64,000 nucleotides of DNA from Octopus bimaculoides (taxonomy: Eukaryota): assembly GCF_001194135.2 (NCBI RefSeq), contig NC_069003.1, positions 28,844,577 through 28,908,576 of the forward strand, written 5' to 3'. This document shows positions 1 through 13,801 of this stretch, piece by piece; the first letter of the stretch is position 1, and each line of letters starts with the position of its first letter. The notes beneath the pieces are model-generated. The model did not search any database. It saw nothing but the letters and a program-made list of their open reading frames with translations, and was not told where the DNA came from. The translations under genes and the position numbers were made by a program.

Positions 1-439
1 TATATATATATATATTTACATATGTACGTATATGCTTATGAATAGTATGTGTTTGTGTGTGTGTGCGTCTCATCTCTTCCTAACGGCAATTCTACAAATG
101 TAAATATATTTCGCGTCGACACAGATGTGGTCATCTTTCATTTGAACGATTCCAACTCCAAACATATTCACACTGTTATGTCATAATTGCGCATTGTTAT
201 CAGATTAAGGCATACTTTTATAAAACGATTCAATTTTTGTAATTTAATATACTGCAACTATTGTTGTTATTTCTTTATCTACAGGCCAACTATGTTCAAG
301 CTTCGTCTATGAACAATGACAGTAAAGAGCCTGAATAATATGTGTGGTAGAAAAATGTCTTAACTCTTTAATTCTCTAGTTCAAGTTCTGCCAAACCTAA
401 ATAATTTTTTCACCTTGTGGTTTCTGAAAAATATATCAC

Positions 440-560
440 GAAGCGCAGATATGGCTGGCAAGCAAGAATTTTGTTTTTGATGTACATGATATCGGGTTCA
501 ATCCCAGAACTTTGACTTATATCTTCTACAGTTTCGGATATACCAAACCTTTGTGAGCTG
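440..560 (+). mobile_element. Degraded 5' part of SINE family B (CORE-type)
   Basis: gggttcaatccc B-box-like motif and accaaacctttgtgag weakly match the family B copies at 10718 and 58342. Confidence 0.4.
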
Positions 561-1228
561 ACAAATATCGTACAAAGACATGAAATATCCTATATTTACC
601 TTCCCTAATATTATGATAGATACAGTATCCCTTCCTTAATGTGAATCATACATTACTCGCTTTCATTCTTAGATGGAAATTCAAGTACAATTTCAATGAC
701 TTTCAGATTTCCTCTATTATTAAAAGCTTTCAAAATATATAATTATACATAACGTAAATTAATTTATTAATTAATACTTGTTTGTTTCCTTAATTATTTC
801 TAATTTTTTAATCTCGATATGAAGTTTATAAATTAGTTCTCTATACTTATAAATTAATTCCGGTATGTGTAAACAAATTCAAAACGGAAATATTGACTAC
901 ATAATTTTTTCCTTTGTTCACAATCATCTATAAATATACATATTCTATACTTAATATAATATATTTAGCTCTAATGTTTTATTATGAACAGTAAGTGAAT
1001 TACTTGATTTGTTCGTATCAAAAAAATAAACGAGTTTTCTACTAAGTAAACTTCCCTCATTTGTATTCTGCATTCTGAAGAGGTATATTACAGCAAAAGA
1101 TGAAACGTTTCTTTTCTTTAATAACATTCATTAGAGAATTTTCTTATTTATTAAGTAATCATTTAATAAGACTTCATGATAAAAGTTAGCCTAACATACT
1201 TTAAGAAATCATTTTACTTCCGATAAAT

Positions 1229-1560
<332 letters not shown>

Positions 1561-2047
1561 CGGAAGCATGTAGGGTGAATCTCTTTCGTTTTATAGTATT
1601 CCTGCAGTCTAATGTCTGGTAAATACGGAGATTAAATTACAGCCATCTAAGCCAGATTTAATGGCTGCTTTCAACTTCTATCTTCTTATATTAAGTTATT
1701 CCAAAATAGCTGAGGAATTTTATATAACGTAGTTTAAACAATGAGCTGTTTGCATCGGCTGAAAAAACGGTTGTTTATCTTATATAAATTGTTCGGTAAT
1801 AATCACTAAAATTTAATATTTTAACCAAACACTGTTATAACATCTGCCTTCAGCTATGTATGTATTTGAATAGAAATGATTAGTTGATTCGTTAAGAAAA
1901 CAAATTTGCGCCTACGATTTGTGTTTTAATTACCAATCACAATTTAAAAAGATGCTTACAATATTTCATTTCTTTCTCTAGACTTGCAAACAGAACATCA
2001 GAAAATAGTACAGAAATATTAAAGCTATTTAAACATTGTCTTCTTCA

Positions 2048-2346
2048 TGTATACATACATACATACATACATACATACATACACAAACAGACACACACAC
2101 ACACACACACATATATATATGTATATATATATATGAATATATATAAATATATATATACGTAAATTTCGGATGACGAGAATGAGTGCTCAACAACGCTTTG
2201 TGGATAGATTTTTTTGCGTGTATTAAAGGTACACTTGGTTTCATGTTAAGAATCTTCAAATCGAGTTCGTCTCAATTTTAGATGAAAAGCACAGACATAC
2301 ACACACAGAAACACATAGAGACACACACATGCACAAATATTATACA

Positions 2347-2388
<42 letters not shown>

Positions 2389-2416
2389 ATATCTACACAC
2401 ACACACACACACAAAC

Positions 2417-2453
<37 letters not shown>

Positions 2454-2600
2454 CATAGATATATACATATATATGCATACACACACTTACACACACACTT
2501 ATAATTAAGTGTGTGTATCTGTTTGTGTACAAGTATGCATGTGCACATATTTTTATGTGTGCATGTATGTATTTGAGTGTGTGCGTGAGTGCGTTTGGCA
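2048..2600. repeat. Compound (CATA)n/(CA)n/(TA)n microsatellite region
   Basis: Directly visible. Confidence 0.9.
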
Positions 2601-3237
2601 TTTATATTACTTTATTTAATGAAAGTGAAAGTGAAGATACTAGCGAGACAGTCTTGTTATGATTTACACATTGAAAACCAATTCATCTTTCACTAGCGCT
2701 GAAATACGAAGTTTCCTATGGGAACAATGGAACGCCATATATTTTCAAAATTGACATTTGTCCCAGATATTTGTGACGAATGAATCCTTAAAGATATATT
2801 TCACTAATATGTTAGTTGTTACGTTATGACAGTTCCATTTATCAACTATCTTGTTATATCACCCCTAATACTGCTATTTTAAATGGAGACCTTACCCAAC
2901 AAATGATGTAAGGTAGTACAATACCTTTCCTCGGTTTTCATTCAATAAAAGCAGCTTACATACCCCTTCTTTTAGATTCTCAACTTCATTTCTGAGATGT
3001 TTTGCAAATATATTTCTTATTTACAAATATTCGAAATACTCTTTCTCTCATAAACACGCATACAGACACACAAATACACGCATATCGACATTTATGTGGA
3101 TACATATCCAGAACCATGCTCATAGCTTAGGAGCAAAATATAGGATTTCTCGGTTTTCTGTGAATCGATTTTGATAAAATCTTCCCTGTTGGTTTGCACA
3201 CTATGGCAACACCATTGATATGTTTTCATTATTCTGT

Positions 3238-3296
3238 GTAACGTCCTTTTTTTTCTTTGTAACGTCCTTTTTTTCTTTGTAACGTCCTTTTTTTCT
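3238..3296. repeat. Minisatellite, about 3 x 20 bp (gtaacgtcctttttttcttt)
   Basis: Three consecutive near-identical units. Confidence 0.9.
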
Positions 3297-3369
3297 CAGC
3301 TGGCAGAGTCGTTAATTCGTCGAACAAAATGGTAAGCGGATTTTTGAATGCCTTTCCATTTTAAGCCTA

Positions 3370-3532
3370 CCAGCCGTCAGAATCGTTAGCTCGCCGGGCG
3401 AAATGCCTAACGGTATTTCCTCAGCCTTTACGTTCCCAGTTCAAATTCCCCCGAGGTCGACTTTGCCTTTCGTCGTTTTGAGGTCGATGAAATAAGTACC
3501 AGTTGAAAAAAACTGAGGTTGATGTAATCGTA
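3370..3532 (+). mobile_element. tRNA-derived SINE family A
   Basis: cagaatcgttagctcgccgggcgaaatgc...agttcaaattcc..gaggtcgactttgccttt...gtcgatgaaataagtaccag is shared with more than 20 copies in the window. Confidence 0.8.
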
Positions 3533-5128
3533 TATTGCAGTTAAGAACGCCAAACATTCCATCTGACCCTCAAAAAACTCTATCAATGAAGCATCCATCA
3601 TCGACATTATCATTATTCCGAGGCAAATGGGGCAATCAGACGATCGCTCTAGCTATTCTATAGCGAAAATATAGAGCCATGTAATTGCTACTCTTGTCTT
3701 TAAATGTTTCTTCTCAATACGATGCCAACCAGCCACATGATTAACTCCAACCCACGATGATGAAATGAGGTGACTTGGTCAAACATACAACCCGCCGTCG
3801 TGTAGCAGATTTGAAATCATACCTTTTCATTACAATCATAACATCTAAACCACGCCATTCACTGATATACTAGAGTAATACTTCATACGTACTAATTAGC
3901 ACAATAAACTGGAAATAAAACGGATGACCTGCTATATTAAATTATATGCAATTTGCATACTTAATGAGTTTTATGGAAATTGTCTAACTATATAAAATTA
4001 ATTTAGATCTAAAATGAAAAACTGATTAGTTTCATAACCTGTTACATCATGGTGAAAACTAATTGCATGAATATTCACCAAAGATCTCGCAAGTACATGG
4101 ACAAAATAGTATTAAAATATATTACTTCATAATTCCAATTATTGAAAGATAGCATTTTAGGTTCAATCTGGATTTAACAGTTAAATGTGATCCCGGAAAG
4201 TATTTGATATGAAATGATTATGTAAATGGGTTTCCAAAGATTCTACCACCCACTTTCCTGTTCTTGCTGTTATTTAATTCATGATCACAACTTAATGGGT
4301 AGTCGTAAAAGCAAAGTCGTGTTACTGCGACAACCCGTCTTTTTTTTATATCTGAGATTACGTTTGACGAATATTTCATTGAGTTTGTAAAGGATAGTGT
4401 TTGATTTGGATGAGATTTAGTTGTAATGTCTGACAGGTTGAACGAGCTCGCATAATATCTCTTTACATTTCAGCTAATGATGCTTTCCGTTGACGTCTCC
4501 AGATGATTTGTAAACCTTGCAGATACGTTTAATATTAAATGACATCTTGTATCGCATACTAAACATGTTTCGTCGTAATAAATAATAAAGAAGGAAATTT
4601 ATATTTAGAAAATGTTATTAGTGGTCAATATATTTTTNNNNNNNNNNNNNNNNNNNNNNNNNNNNNNNNNNNNNNNNNNNNNNNNNNNNNNNNNNNNNNN
4701 NNNNNNNNNNNNNNNNNNNNNNNNNNNNNNNNNNNNNNNNNNNNNNNNNNNNNNNNNNNNNNNNNNNNNNNNNNNNNNNNNNNNNNNNNNNNNNNNNNNN
4801 NNNNNNNNNNNNNNNNNNNNNNNNNNNNNNNNNNNNNNNNNNNNNNNNNNNNNNNNNNNNNNNNNNNNNNNNNNNNNNNNNNNNNNNNNNNNNNNNNNNN
4901 NNNNNNNNNNNNNNNNNNNNNNNNNNNNNNNNNNNNNNNNNNNNNNNNNNNNNNNNNNNNNNNNNNNNNNNNNNNNNNNNNNNNNNNNNNNNNNNNNNNN
5001 NNNNNNNNNNNNNNNNNNNNNNNNNNNNNNNNNNNNNNNNNNNNNNNNNNNNNNNNNNNNNNNNNNNNNNNNNNNNNNTATATATTGCATGTTGTACGGT
5101 GTATTTTGTTTCTGGTTGAACTGAACAG

Positions 5129-5437
5129 TGTGAAAGAGCATGACTCAGTGGTTATAGCGTCAGGATCGCAATCATGAGATAGTGAGTTCGGTTCCCATAC
5201 CGGGTTGTGTATTGTGTCCTTGGGCAAGACAAGTTGCTCCAGTTCATTCAGCTGTAGAAATGAGTTGTAGCGTCACTGGTGCCAAGTTGTATCCGCTTTT
5301 GCCTTTCCCGTGGACAACATTAATGGCGTGGAGGGGGGTTGCAGGTATGCATGGTCGACTGCAGGACTTGTGCCTCGGAGGGTAACTTTCTAGGTGCAAT
5401 CGCATGGTCATTCATAACAGAAGGGTATATTTACCAT
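5129..5437 (+). mobile_element. Full-length tRNA-headed CORE-type SINE (family C) with 13-bp TSD
   Basis: A-box tgactcagtgg, B-box gttcggttccc, CORE-like tgtgtccttgggcaagac; flanked by identical ttgaactgaacag at 5116-5128 and 5438-5450. Confidence 0.85.
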
Positions 5438-6539
5438 TTGAACTGAACAGATGTACACATCGAAACTTTATATTGGTTTTAGTTGAAGTCTGCGCGGGGA
5501 TTTTCTGCACCACTAGAATTGCTAGAGATAGTAACCAGATCACCCCGCACAAATCACTCATAACTGCACAATTCAGTCACTGAAGGGCTGAGCATGTATG
5601 GAGTAGCGCATATTTTAACGCACGTGTACTGAAACAAGCCTGGATTGAGCTTAAACTCCCACAACAACAACAGCGCCAAAAGCAACAACATTGATTTAAC
5701 GCCCAGAGATTAATAAATTTTGAGTCTCTATCTGTCAAATGTTTTCAGGAAAACAAAATGAAAATTATAAAAATTGGATTCTCGGTTGTGCCGTAGAATT
5801 ACTTAAAGCATTTCTCTAACATAATTCTCAATTCAAACAGAATACACATGTAGATGATTATAAGGAAATTAAATCTTGAATGACAAATAAGGAAATCTAT
5901 TATAATTTATTACATTATTAATTGAGTATTACAACTTGCAGGTGAACAATTGAAAATGATTGGGATTAGCTTGTATCACGTTCAGTCTTAGATAGAATTT
6001 TCTCGAAATTAAATTGCTCTATAGTTTCAAAAAGTGGTTAATTTATTGAAACAACTAAATCGTAGTTAAATGAAAATTCTGAATAAATAGAATGACCGGC
6101 TGATTAAATATAATTGGCAGTGGAATTTTAAATGAAAGCAAATACAAAATTAAACATTTTGCCGTAAAATATGCGCGTCTTAAGACTGCACGCCATTTTG
6201 TGATAAAATATTAATTCAATTATCAACTGAAAAATCTGAATTAATGTAATTTCCATTTGCATTATATTAAACTGATGCACAACGGTTATTCTGAAACGGA
6301 GAAATTGAAAGGTATAAATGTAGATCAAACTTTCTTATCTCAGCTTAAATAACATTACTGTAAAATGTCTTCGCTGAAAAGCATTTTAAATAAATTATGC
6401 AAATGTATATGTATACTTGTAACCCTAATATGTATATCTGTAGGACATCGTTTACATGAAACGGATAAACAATTCCCCTGACGAGCGCACGATAATATCT
6501 CAGACCCACATATTTGATTTGTAGTGTATTCAATTGAAT

Positions 6540-6778
6540 ACCATCAAAGACAGCGCGAAAAGCGGACTACAGAATATCCGGTTCACCATTACCATCTCTT
6601 GGATCTAGTACGAACTGTCAGTTTGCATCTCCCGGAGATACCTCCTCATCTTCCGTGAACATATGGCATATAGTAGACCAATACGAGCCATCAAACCGGT
6701 CGAATACGGTATACAGGGTCTGTCTATTAAAATGGAGCAATATAGCTAAACAATCTGAGCTGCCGCTCTCGAATCATA
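6540..6778 (-). mobile_element. Probable RTE-like LINE 3' remnant
   Basis: Minus-strand translation MIRERQLRLFSYIAPF**TDPVYRI resembles the RTE post-RT motif IRERQLRLYGHVARF (recalled); stops and frameshifts present. Confidence 0.5.
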
Positions 6779-7000
6779 TACGAGGTGGTGGCTGAAAAGT
6801 TCCTGGCTTTAAGGACATCGCGAAAGGCCTGGTTGGAGACCCGACATGTTCATTTCTTTTAGAAGGCTTAGAAAACCCGAAGTCCAATTGCAGTAAGTAC
6901 GTGTGTCTGAGAGGGGAATATGTTGAATAAAATCATAATTAACTGGTCCTCCTTTATTTTCTTTTAGCCAAAGCCAGGAACATTTCAGTAACCACTCCTA
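6779..7000 (+). mobile_element. Mariner-derived MITE
   Basis: Imperfect ~30-bp TIRs (tacgaggtggtggctgaaaagttcctggcttt / gccaaagccaggaacatttcagtaaccactccta), TA at both ends, internal ctgagaggggaatatgttgaataa = transposase C-terminal LRGEYVE*. Confidence 0.85.
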
Positions 7001-7884
7001 TAATCTGGAATGGTGGGTCCGAAAGAGTACGACCGTGTATACAAGTGCCCTAAATGAGCTTTTACAGAAGGATCTCTGGATCAACGATCTCGTAAGTAAC
7101 AGGTCGCTAGTTCAATAATTTTGGTGTTTCCTTCTGGTAACAGACAATAAGTCATCAGATAACAATGTATGTTTGTGTTATCAAATAAAAGCGTCTCTTT
7201 GAGAAAATTCTCCATGCTAGAAATAGCAACCTCAATCCCTCCAAACCATATTACTAACGTTTGAACAACACAGGTTGAAACGTTATACAGTGATTACTAT
7301 GGTAGACTGCAACTTTAGACAGTAATCTAGACTGTATTGCAATACAGGTCATATTGACCTGGGCAGACACGCAAAATCAAGATTTATCTATTCCTACCTG
7401 TGAAGGAGAATCTAGTTGATTGCAGCTAAATCTAACTCGAATTACACAAGTGTGACTTTAGAAACAAAGAAAGAGCGTATCGGAAAATCCGGTCTGGAGT
7501 AAACTATGTCTAAGAAGACGTGGTTATCACGACAAGAAATCCTGACATTAGAGATCTGCTGGTTCGATGATAGATAAATAACATCAATAACAGCAAGTGC
7601 GACAAATTAATATCCATCACTTGATATAATATATATTCTGTATTCTTTATACAATCGATAACAAATCTTCCAAATAATCATATATGTTAGCATGATTGAT
7701 TCGGAATATGTTAAATTAGTATTATGATTGTGAAAGGTAGCTTAACCTCACATGACCTATGAGCAAAGTTATGAACACAGAGATTCTTTCTTCGGATATC
7801 TAGTATTCTATCTTAATCACATAATATCTAGTTTACATTGTCCACGATGTCAGTTTTATGAGGCAGTATTGCTATTAGATGTTG

Positions 7885-7970
7885 ATAAGGCGGAAAGCAC
7901 GACGGGTAAAATGCTTAGCAGCATTTGGTCCGTCTATACGATCTGAGTTCAAATTCCACTGCTATTTCTG
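7885..7970 (+). mobile_element. SINE family A, 5' fragment
   Basis: aaatgcttagcagcatttggtccgtctatacgatctgagttcaaattcc. Confidence 0.55.
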
Positions 7971-8094
7971 CCATCCAAGTGAACACGTAGAGGTTATCAC
8001 GTTGTAAAATATTATTTCATTTTTCACTTTAGCTCATCTTATGCAAAACTCAACATGCGGAAACTATGTGTATGGCTGTCGGTTAAATTCCTCC

Positions 8095-8235
8095 AATACT
8101 ACAGGTCACATACTGCACAATTTGGGTGAAACTTACACGTGTCTGTGGAATACTCAGGCACCTGTATGCTAATTGAAATCGCGTATAGTTAAGCTTATCG
8201 AAGAACTCAATCATCATCGTCGAGACCAACGGAAG
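8095..8235 (+). mobile_element. Dispersed repeat family D fragment
   Basis: acacgtgtctgtggaatactcag is homologous to 26170 (+) and 39330 (-). Confidence 0.45.
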
Positions 8236-8499
8236 ATCTATCGTATGCACTAAAAATAAACAGTTGAACTGTAGAACGATATTGAAAAATTTCATCACAT
8301 TTTATATTAGCACCATATTACTTAATATTAACAAGGAGGACCGGATATGATCAGGTGGTAACATGTTTCGTTCTCAATCGCATAATTTGGGGTCCAGTCT
8401 CACTGTCTGGAACGTTGGAAAAGATTCTTTTACTAAAGCCTTGGGGTGATATAAGCCTCATAAATCAATCTAGTAGACAAAAAGTGAAAGATGCATGTC

Positions 8500-8654
8500 G
8501 TATATATGTGTGCGTGTGTGCATGCGTATGTATGTATGTGTGTCTCTCTGTGTGTGCGTGCATGTGTAAGGTGAGTATGTATGGGTAACTTATCCAGGCG
8601 GGTACCGTAATAGCTCCCAAGTCAGTCTCTGTGTTCTTTATGATTGTTTAAAAG

Positions 8655-8753
<99 letters not shown>

Positions 8754-8830
8754 CGTGTGTATGTGTGTGTGCGTATGTGTGTGTGTGTGTGTATGTGTGT
8801 GTGTGTGTGTATATAAAGGTTTATATGCAT
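8500..8830. repeat. (TG)n/(TA)n microsatellites
   Basis: Directly visible. Confidence 0.9.
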
Positions 8831-8854
8831 ATATATGATATATGCATACGTGTT

Positions 8855-9015
8855 AGTCCCACACCACTGCTTGACAAATGGTTGTGGTTTGCTTACACCC
8901 CATTAAGCTAGCGGTTCGTTAGAAAGGGAACGATGGTATAAAACTCAAGACAAAATCCCTTCAAGGCAGTGCCCTAGCGTGGGCACCGTCGAATAACTGA
9001 AGAAAGCAAACGATA
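8855..9015 (+). mobile_element. SINE family B 3' half, downstream of (TG)n
   Basis: gcttgacaaatggttgtggtttg...tagcggttcg...cttcaaggcagtgccctagc matches the 27295 and 60110 copies. Confidence 0.55.
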
Positions 9016-10154
9016 ATAGATAATATTTGCTTTTATCATTTGACCAAAATAATTATATGTATTTTACCTATTGAAATCCGTTTATTCTATTCCATCGAAA
9101 CCGTTTGAATAGTAAAAGACTACATTTTCGTAAGCTTCCTATTCTTCTATACCTTTGTGCCTAAGTATTAGCTACGCAGTGCATCCTATTTAGGTAATGT
9201 ACGGCTTGGAATCGTTGAAGCTTGTTATTTTTAATTATTCATTGAAATCCATTTGAAAAATGCAAATTGAATTACACTTTAAATACGATTGTCAAGAACC
9301 CATCAATTTATTATATTCCCTCTGTGTTATTACTTTGTCTAAAGCTCAACAAAATGCATTTACATGTTATTAGTAGTGTAAGCATTATGTGCATCAGCCC
9401 ACATTTAACACGTAGACACATATAAGATATCAGATCAGCGCGACTAACGCATGCCAATTTTTCGTTTTAGAAAAGAACTGACAGCAAATACTAAAAATGG
9501 AGGCACGCATTCTACATCTGCTTGACAAAAGATAACATTCGTTACGTTCATGCTAAATGTTCAATAACTGTTCCAGTGCAGGCTTTCAAAAGCAGCATTA
9601 AAATTCTATCGATGATTGAACAATATCAAATATAGGAAAGTCTGCGTGCAACTACTCATACTAATTGAAGTTTTTGTATTGAAAGTATTTCTACGGTCTG
9701 TCATAATAACAAAAGTCTGTAACAACGCGATCTGAGCGCTCTGGCAGCAGATACAATTACGGAGATCAGTTCATTAACATACATCTGTTGTTTTTTTGCT
9801 TTATCATTCATTGATTTTGTGGCATATAATTTGCTGTTGTAGTTTCAAAACTTGTTATTTAGCAGAGTCGGCAAGTAGGCAGAAAGTTACACCACAAAAA
9901 AAAATATCGGATTAGAAAATAACTTGAGAGATACTTAGATTGACTCACACTGTTGGTTTCAACTCTCTGCTGCGATCTGGGTTCAAAACTAGACGACGTC
10001 AGCCTTGCCTTTTACTCCTTGGACGTCAATAGAAAGCACCGATTCAGGACTTCTGCGGGTTTTTGGAATGGTCAGTCCAGCGAATTTACAGGGACAGAAA
10101 GTAAATAAATAATTTTACATATAAATACACAGCGGGGCGTTTTACTATGCCTAC

Positions 10155-10370
10155 ATACCTACATACATACATACATACATACATACATACAGATACACAC
10201 ACACTTGCATATGTATGTATATCAATATAAATATACATATATATGAATATAAATATATAATTATATATATACACAAATATATACATACATGCATACATAT
10301 ATATGTGTGTGCGAGTGTGTGAGTGTGTGAGAGTGTGTGTACATCACACATACATACATGTATACGTATA
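10155..10370. repeat. (CATA)n/(TA)n/(TG)n microsatellite
   Basis: Directly visible. Confidence 0.9.
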
Positions 10371-10717
10371 TAAAGATAAAGAAAGACTTTAATGATAAGT
10401 TAAAATTGTTTCTGTACCAACTTTGCTTTTAACGCCAGTTCACGCAAAAGTTTCAAGTGAAAATTTATATATTTCTAGTTTTAAACATTAGAGTGTCACT
10501 TCTTTTGACCTGCATCAAAGATGCGGTCTTACATTGTGCGTCTGTCCGATTTAATATGTGTCTTATGTCGGGAGGAAACAAGGAGTTAATAAAGATAAAA
10601 ATATAAACCTTTTGACACCTACATTTTCTACATCAAAAGAATTTCTGACAGTGTAGATGGCCTAAAGCACAGTTTGGATGCTACCTTCGGAATACTCCAT
10701 CTTTCTACTCCACAAGA

Positions 10718-10885
10718 GATAGGGCTTGGTTCTGTGGTAAGAAGCTTGGTTCCCAGCCAAATAGTTCTGGGTTCAGTCGCACTGCTTGGTACCTTGGGCA
10801 AGTGTTTTCTGCTGTAGCCTCGGGCCGATCAAAGCCTTGTAAGTGGATTTGGTAGACGGAAGCAGAAAGAAGCCCATCCTACATA
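10718..10885 (+). mobile_element. SINE family B 5' half (tRNA head plus CORE-like domain)
   Basis: tgtggtaagaagcttg..ccca...gggttcagtcgcactgc..ggtaccttgggcaagtg...gcctcgggccgatcaaagccttgtaagtggatttggtagacggaa; near-identical to 58342-58505. Confidence 0.8.
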
Positions 10886-10923
10886 TATACATATACATAC
10901 ATATATCTATACCTATCCCTATC

Positions 10924-11008
<85 letters not shown>

Positions 11009-11033
11009 CGCTCTTTCTCTGTCTCTCTCTCTT

Positions 11034-11070
<37 letters not shown>

Positions 11071-11085
11071 GTATGTGTGTGTGTA
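10886..11085. repeat. (TATC)n/(TA)n/(TG)n microsatellite
   Basis: Directly visible. Confidence 0.95.
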
Positions 11086-11399
11086 TAGATTTGATGACAG
11101 AAATATTTGAAATAGTTATTTCATGTAAAAATATGTTAAAGTATTTAGTTTTCTTCAGCAGTTCAAAATTAATTATTTATTTAGAAATATGTTGATGACT
11201 CATATTTTAAATAGTATCATCACATGAATTCATATGTTCCATATAATTATGTATAATTACGTACAATGTTCATTATTTATAATTTATTAATTATTTTTAT
11301 GAAACAAACTAACCAATAATGTCAAAAATCAATTTATGAATATCACTATCGGAAACACAGTTCGAAGAAATGATGAGTAACAGAAAGTGTACCACTTTC

Positions 11400-11415
11400 A
11401 TACTTCCTGTCATCG

Positions 11416-11466
<51 letters not shown>

Positions 11467-11584
11467 TTGACGTTTGTTTCCATTAATGCTGCTGTCATCG
11501 TAACCATAATCATGGGAATGATCAACGTGAACATCAATATCATCAACACCAAAACAATCACCACCATACGTTGACGACGACCAT

Positions 11585-11622
<38 letters not shown>

Positions 11623-11895
11623 CCATCATTGCCATCATCATTATCATCATCATCATTACCATCATTGTCGTCGTCTTCCCCTTCTACCTCCACCTCCTCC
11701 TCCTCCTCCTCCTCCTCCTCCTCTTCTCTTAATACTACTTCTTCACCTCATCTATCCGCATCAGCGTTTTCGTGATTGATGTCGTTCGCGTCGTCATTCT
11801 CCTTTATCTTCCACTTCATCATCATCATCATGATGACGACGAAGACGATGATCATCAACATCAGCATCATCATCATCATCATCATCATCGTCAGT
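11400..11895. repeat. Mixed trinucleotide block (GTC/CAT/TCC)n
   Basis: Directly visible; poly-D, poly-M and poly-E ORFs arise from it. Confidence 0.9.
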
Positions 11896-12020
11896 GCAAT
11901 CATCATTATAATCCACGTCACTACAGTCTTCACTCCTTAAGATCTTAATTACAATTATCTCAGTCGTCGACGTCATTATTCTGAGCCAAATGATGTTTTC
12001 AAATGTTTGCATGATGTCAC

Positions 12021-12419
12021 CAATTTTGAGGGGCGGGGTTAGTTGACCTCCGAGCTTAAATGATTCTTATTTTATCGACTAGGAAAGGATGGATAGCAAA
12101 ATCGACTTTGATGAAATTTCAGCTCATAAACAACCCCAAGAAATGCCGCTAAGCATTTTGCCCAACGCGCTAACCCATCTGCCAACTCACCACCTTAACC
12201 ATGATAATCCTTGCGGATATTGGAACAAGGCCTTAAATTTTCAGGGGTCCTTTTCGATTGCATCGAACCAAGAACCCAACTCGTACTTAATTTATCGAAA
12301 CCGAAAAAAAAAAAAAATGAAAGGCAGAGTCGGTAATTGAACCCATAGCTTAACGAACCCCAAAGAATTACGCTAAGAATTTTATCTCAAGCTCCAGCAT
12401 TCTACCAGCACTCCACCTT
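12021..12419 (-). mobile_element. Two degraded tandem SINE family A copies
   Basis: gaaatgccgctaagcattttgcccaacgcgctaac..ctgccaactcaccacc and tcgtacttaatttatcg...atgaaaggcagagtcg. Confidence 0.6.
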
Positions 12420-13359
12420 CGTCATCGAAAGAAAAAACCCCAGTTATTATCGCCTCCATGGTAATGACAACGGCCATAATGAATAACATGAATAACACTA
12501 TTAATTAGCAGAACTGTCATGTGACATTTGCAGTTGCCAGGGCCAGAGTAAGACACATAGAGGCCCTAATCCCTTAAAAGATTTTGCTGGCTCCAGATTT
12601 ATGTAATTCAAAATATAAGTAATAATAAATCATAAGATAAACTATTATATTTCAAAATGAATTAAGGCTAGCAGTAAAATGGGAACTAAGGTTTATTTTG
12701 GATACTTTCGCTTTATTTATTGACATTTATAATTGAAACGTTTTTTCCTACATTTTTCAATTGGAATGTCTCTAATCAGGTCCTAATAATTAATTTTACG
12801 TAACACATCTGCTTTTCTGTTTAATAGAGGTGAGGCATCCCGAATATCATTTTAGCAAGTGTAAAACTGATTTCTTTTGTACCGTAAATGCCTTACCATT
12901 TCTGTAGTGACGCCACCCCGTTTCCCTTGATGTTCGAAACACGCGCTTATTTTACTGAATCGTTAATCCAGCGCTGGCTGTTACTGTAGCAGAAGAAGCA
13001 GTAATAGTAGCGGCAACATTGGAAGAAGCAGAATTACAGACTAAACGTAGAAAACCAATTCCATTAAATTATACTTACATGGCTATAAAATAAACAAGAC
13101 CAGATATTTATATAGAAATTTCTATTGTTAAATAATGTATTTGTTTTCCAAAACATCTTGATGCGAAACCGTGTATTGAAAAAAAGCATTATTCCGTTCC
13201 CAAGCGGTTTTATTTCTGTTTCATGATACTAAATTTTTGAAGTTTTTTGTCGCACGACACCCTGGGGAAAATTTTATTTATCAAGCTAAGGTTGTGCAGC
13301 GAAATACTTAAAACAAATAAACAAGCGAACAAAACACAGACAATAATTGTTTATAATAT

Positions 13360-13450
13360 CAGCACAGGTAAGAATTTTGTGGTGAGAGAATTAGTCGACT
13401 GTATCGATACAAGTAGTTGAACAGTGCTATATTTTATTGACTTCGGAAGA
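13360..13450 (-). mobile_element. SINE family A 3' remnant
   Basis: aattttgtggtgagagaattagtcgactgtatcgatac..agt...tattttattgac matches the family tail. Confidence 0.4.
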
Positions 13451-13569
13451 AATTATATCTATATGATATGTTAAATGTATCGGTATATATTCTTTTTTAA
13501 TAAGCCATACTTAGCCACGTGACGTAGGACAAAAGAAACCAAAAGAAAGTGAGCGATGGTGGTAGGAGA

Positions 13570-13763
13570 GAAAATTACGCATACACACGTAAACTAATGC
13601 ATGCGCAGGCACACGCACACACATACACACGCATATATCTATATACATATACACATATTTACTTATGTAAATACGTCACAAGTGATTATGACGTAACAGT
13701 GGAATTTAAGAGTTTTCAAATTCACTTTACGTTATTTCAATCAAAAACGCACATCAAAACACC

Positions 13764-13801
<38 letters not shown>

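Noticed and set aside
285-338. Acceptor followed by ANYVQASSMNNDSKEPE*, resembling the SH3 end (P)ANYV
   Set aside because: Only four matching residues and the upstream exon is not visible; compatible with chance
7090-7145. Minus-strand CUGAUGA...GAAAC hammerhead-like motif
   Set aside because: Stem II is irregular and no stem I complement was found
11346-12012. Poly-Asp, poly-Met and poly-Glu ORFs suggesting an acidic protein
   Set aside because: They come from mixed trinucleotide repeats that are open in several frames, with no unique coding flank or splice context; the same applies to 50347-51088
13357-13372. Strong donor-like CAG/GTAAGA
   Set aside because: It lies within a reverse-strand SINE family A tail
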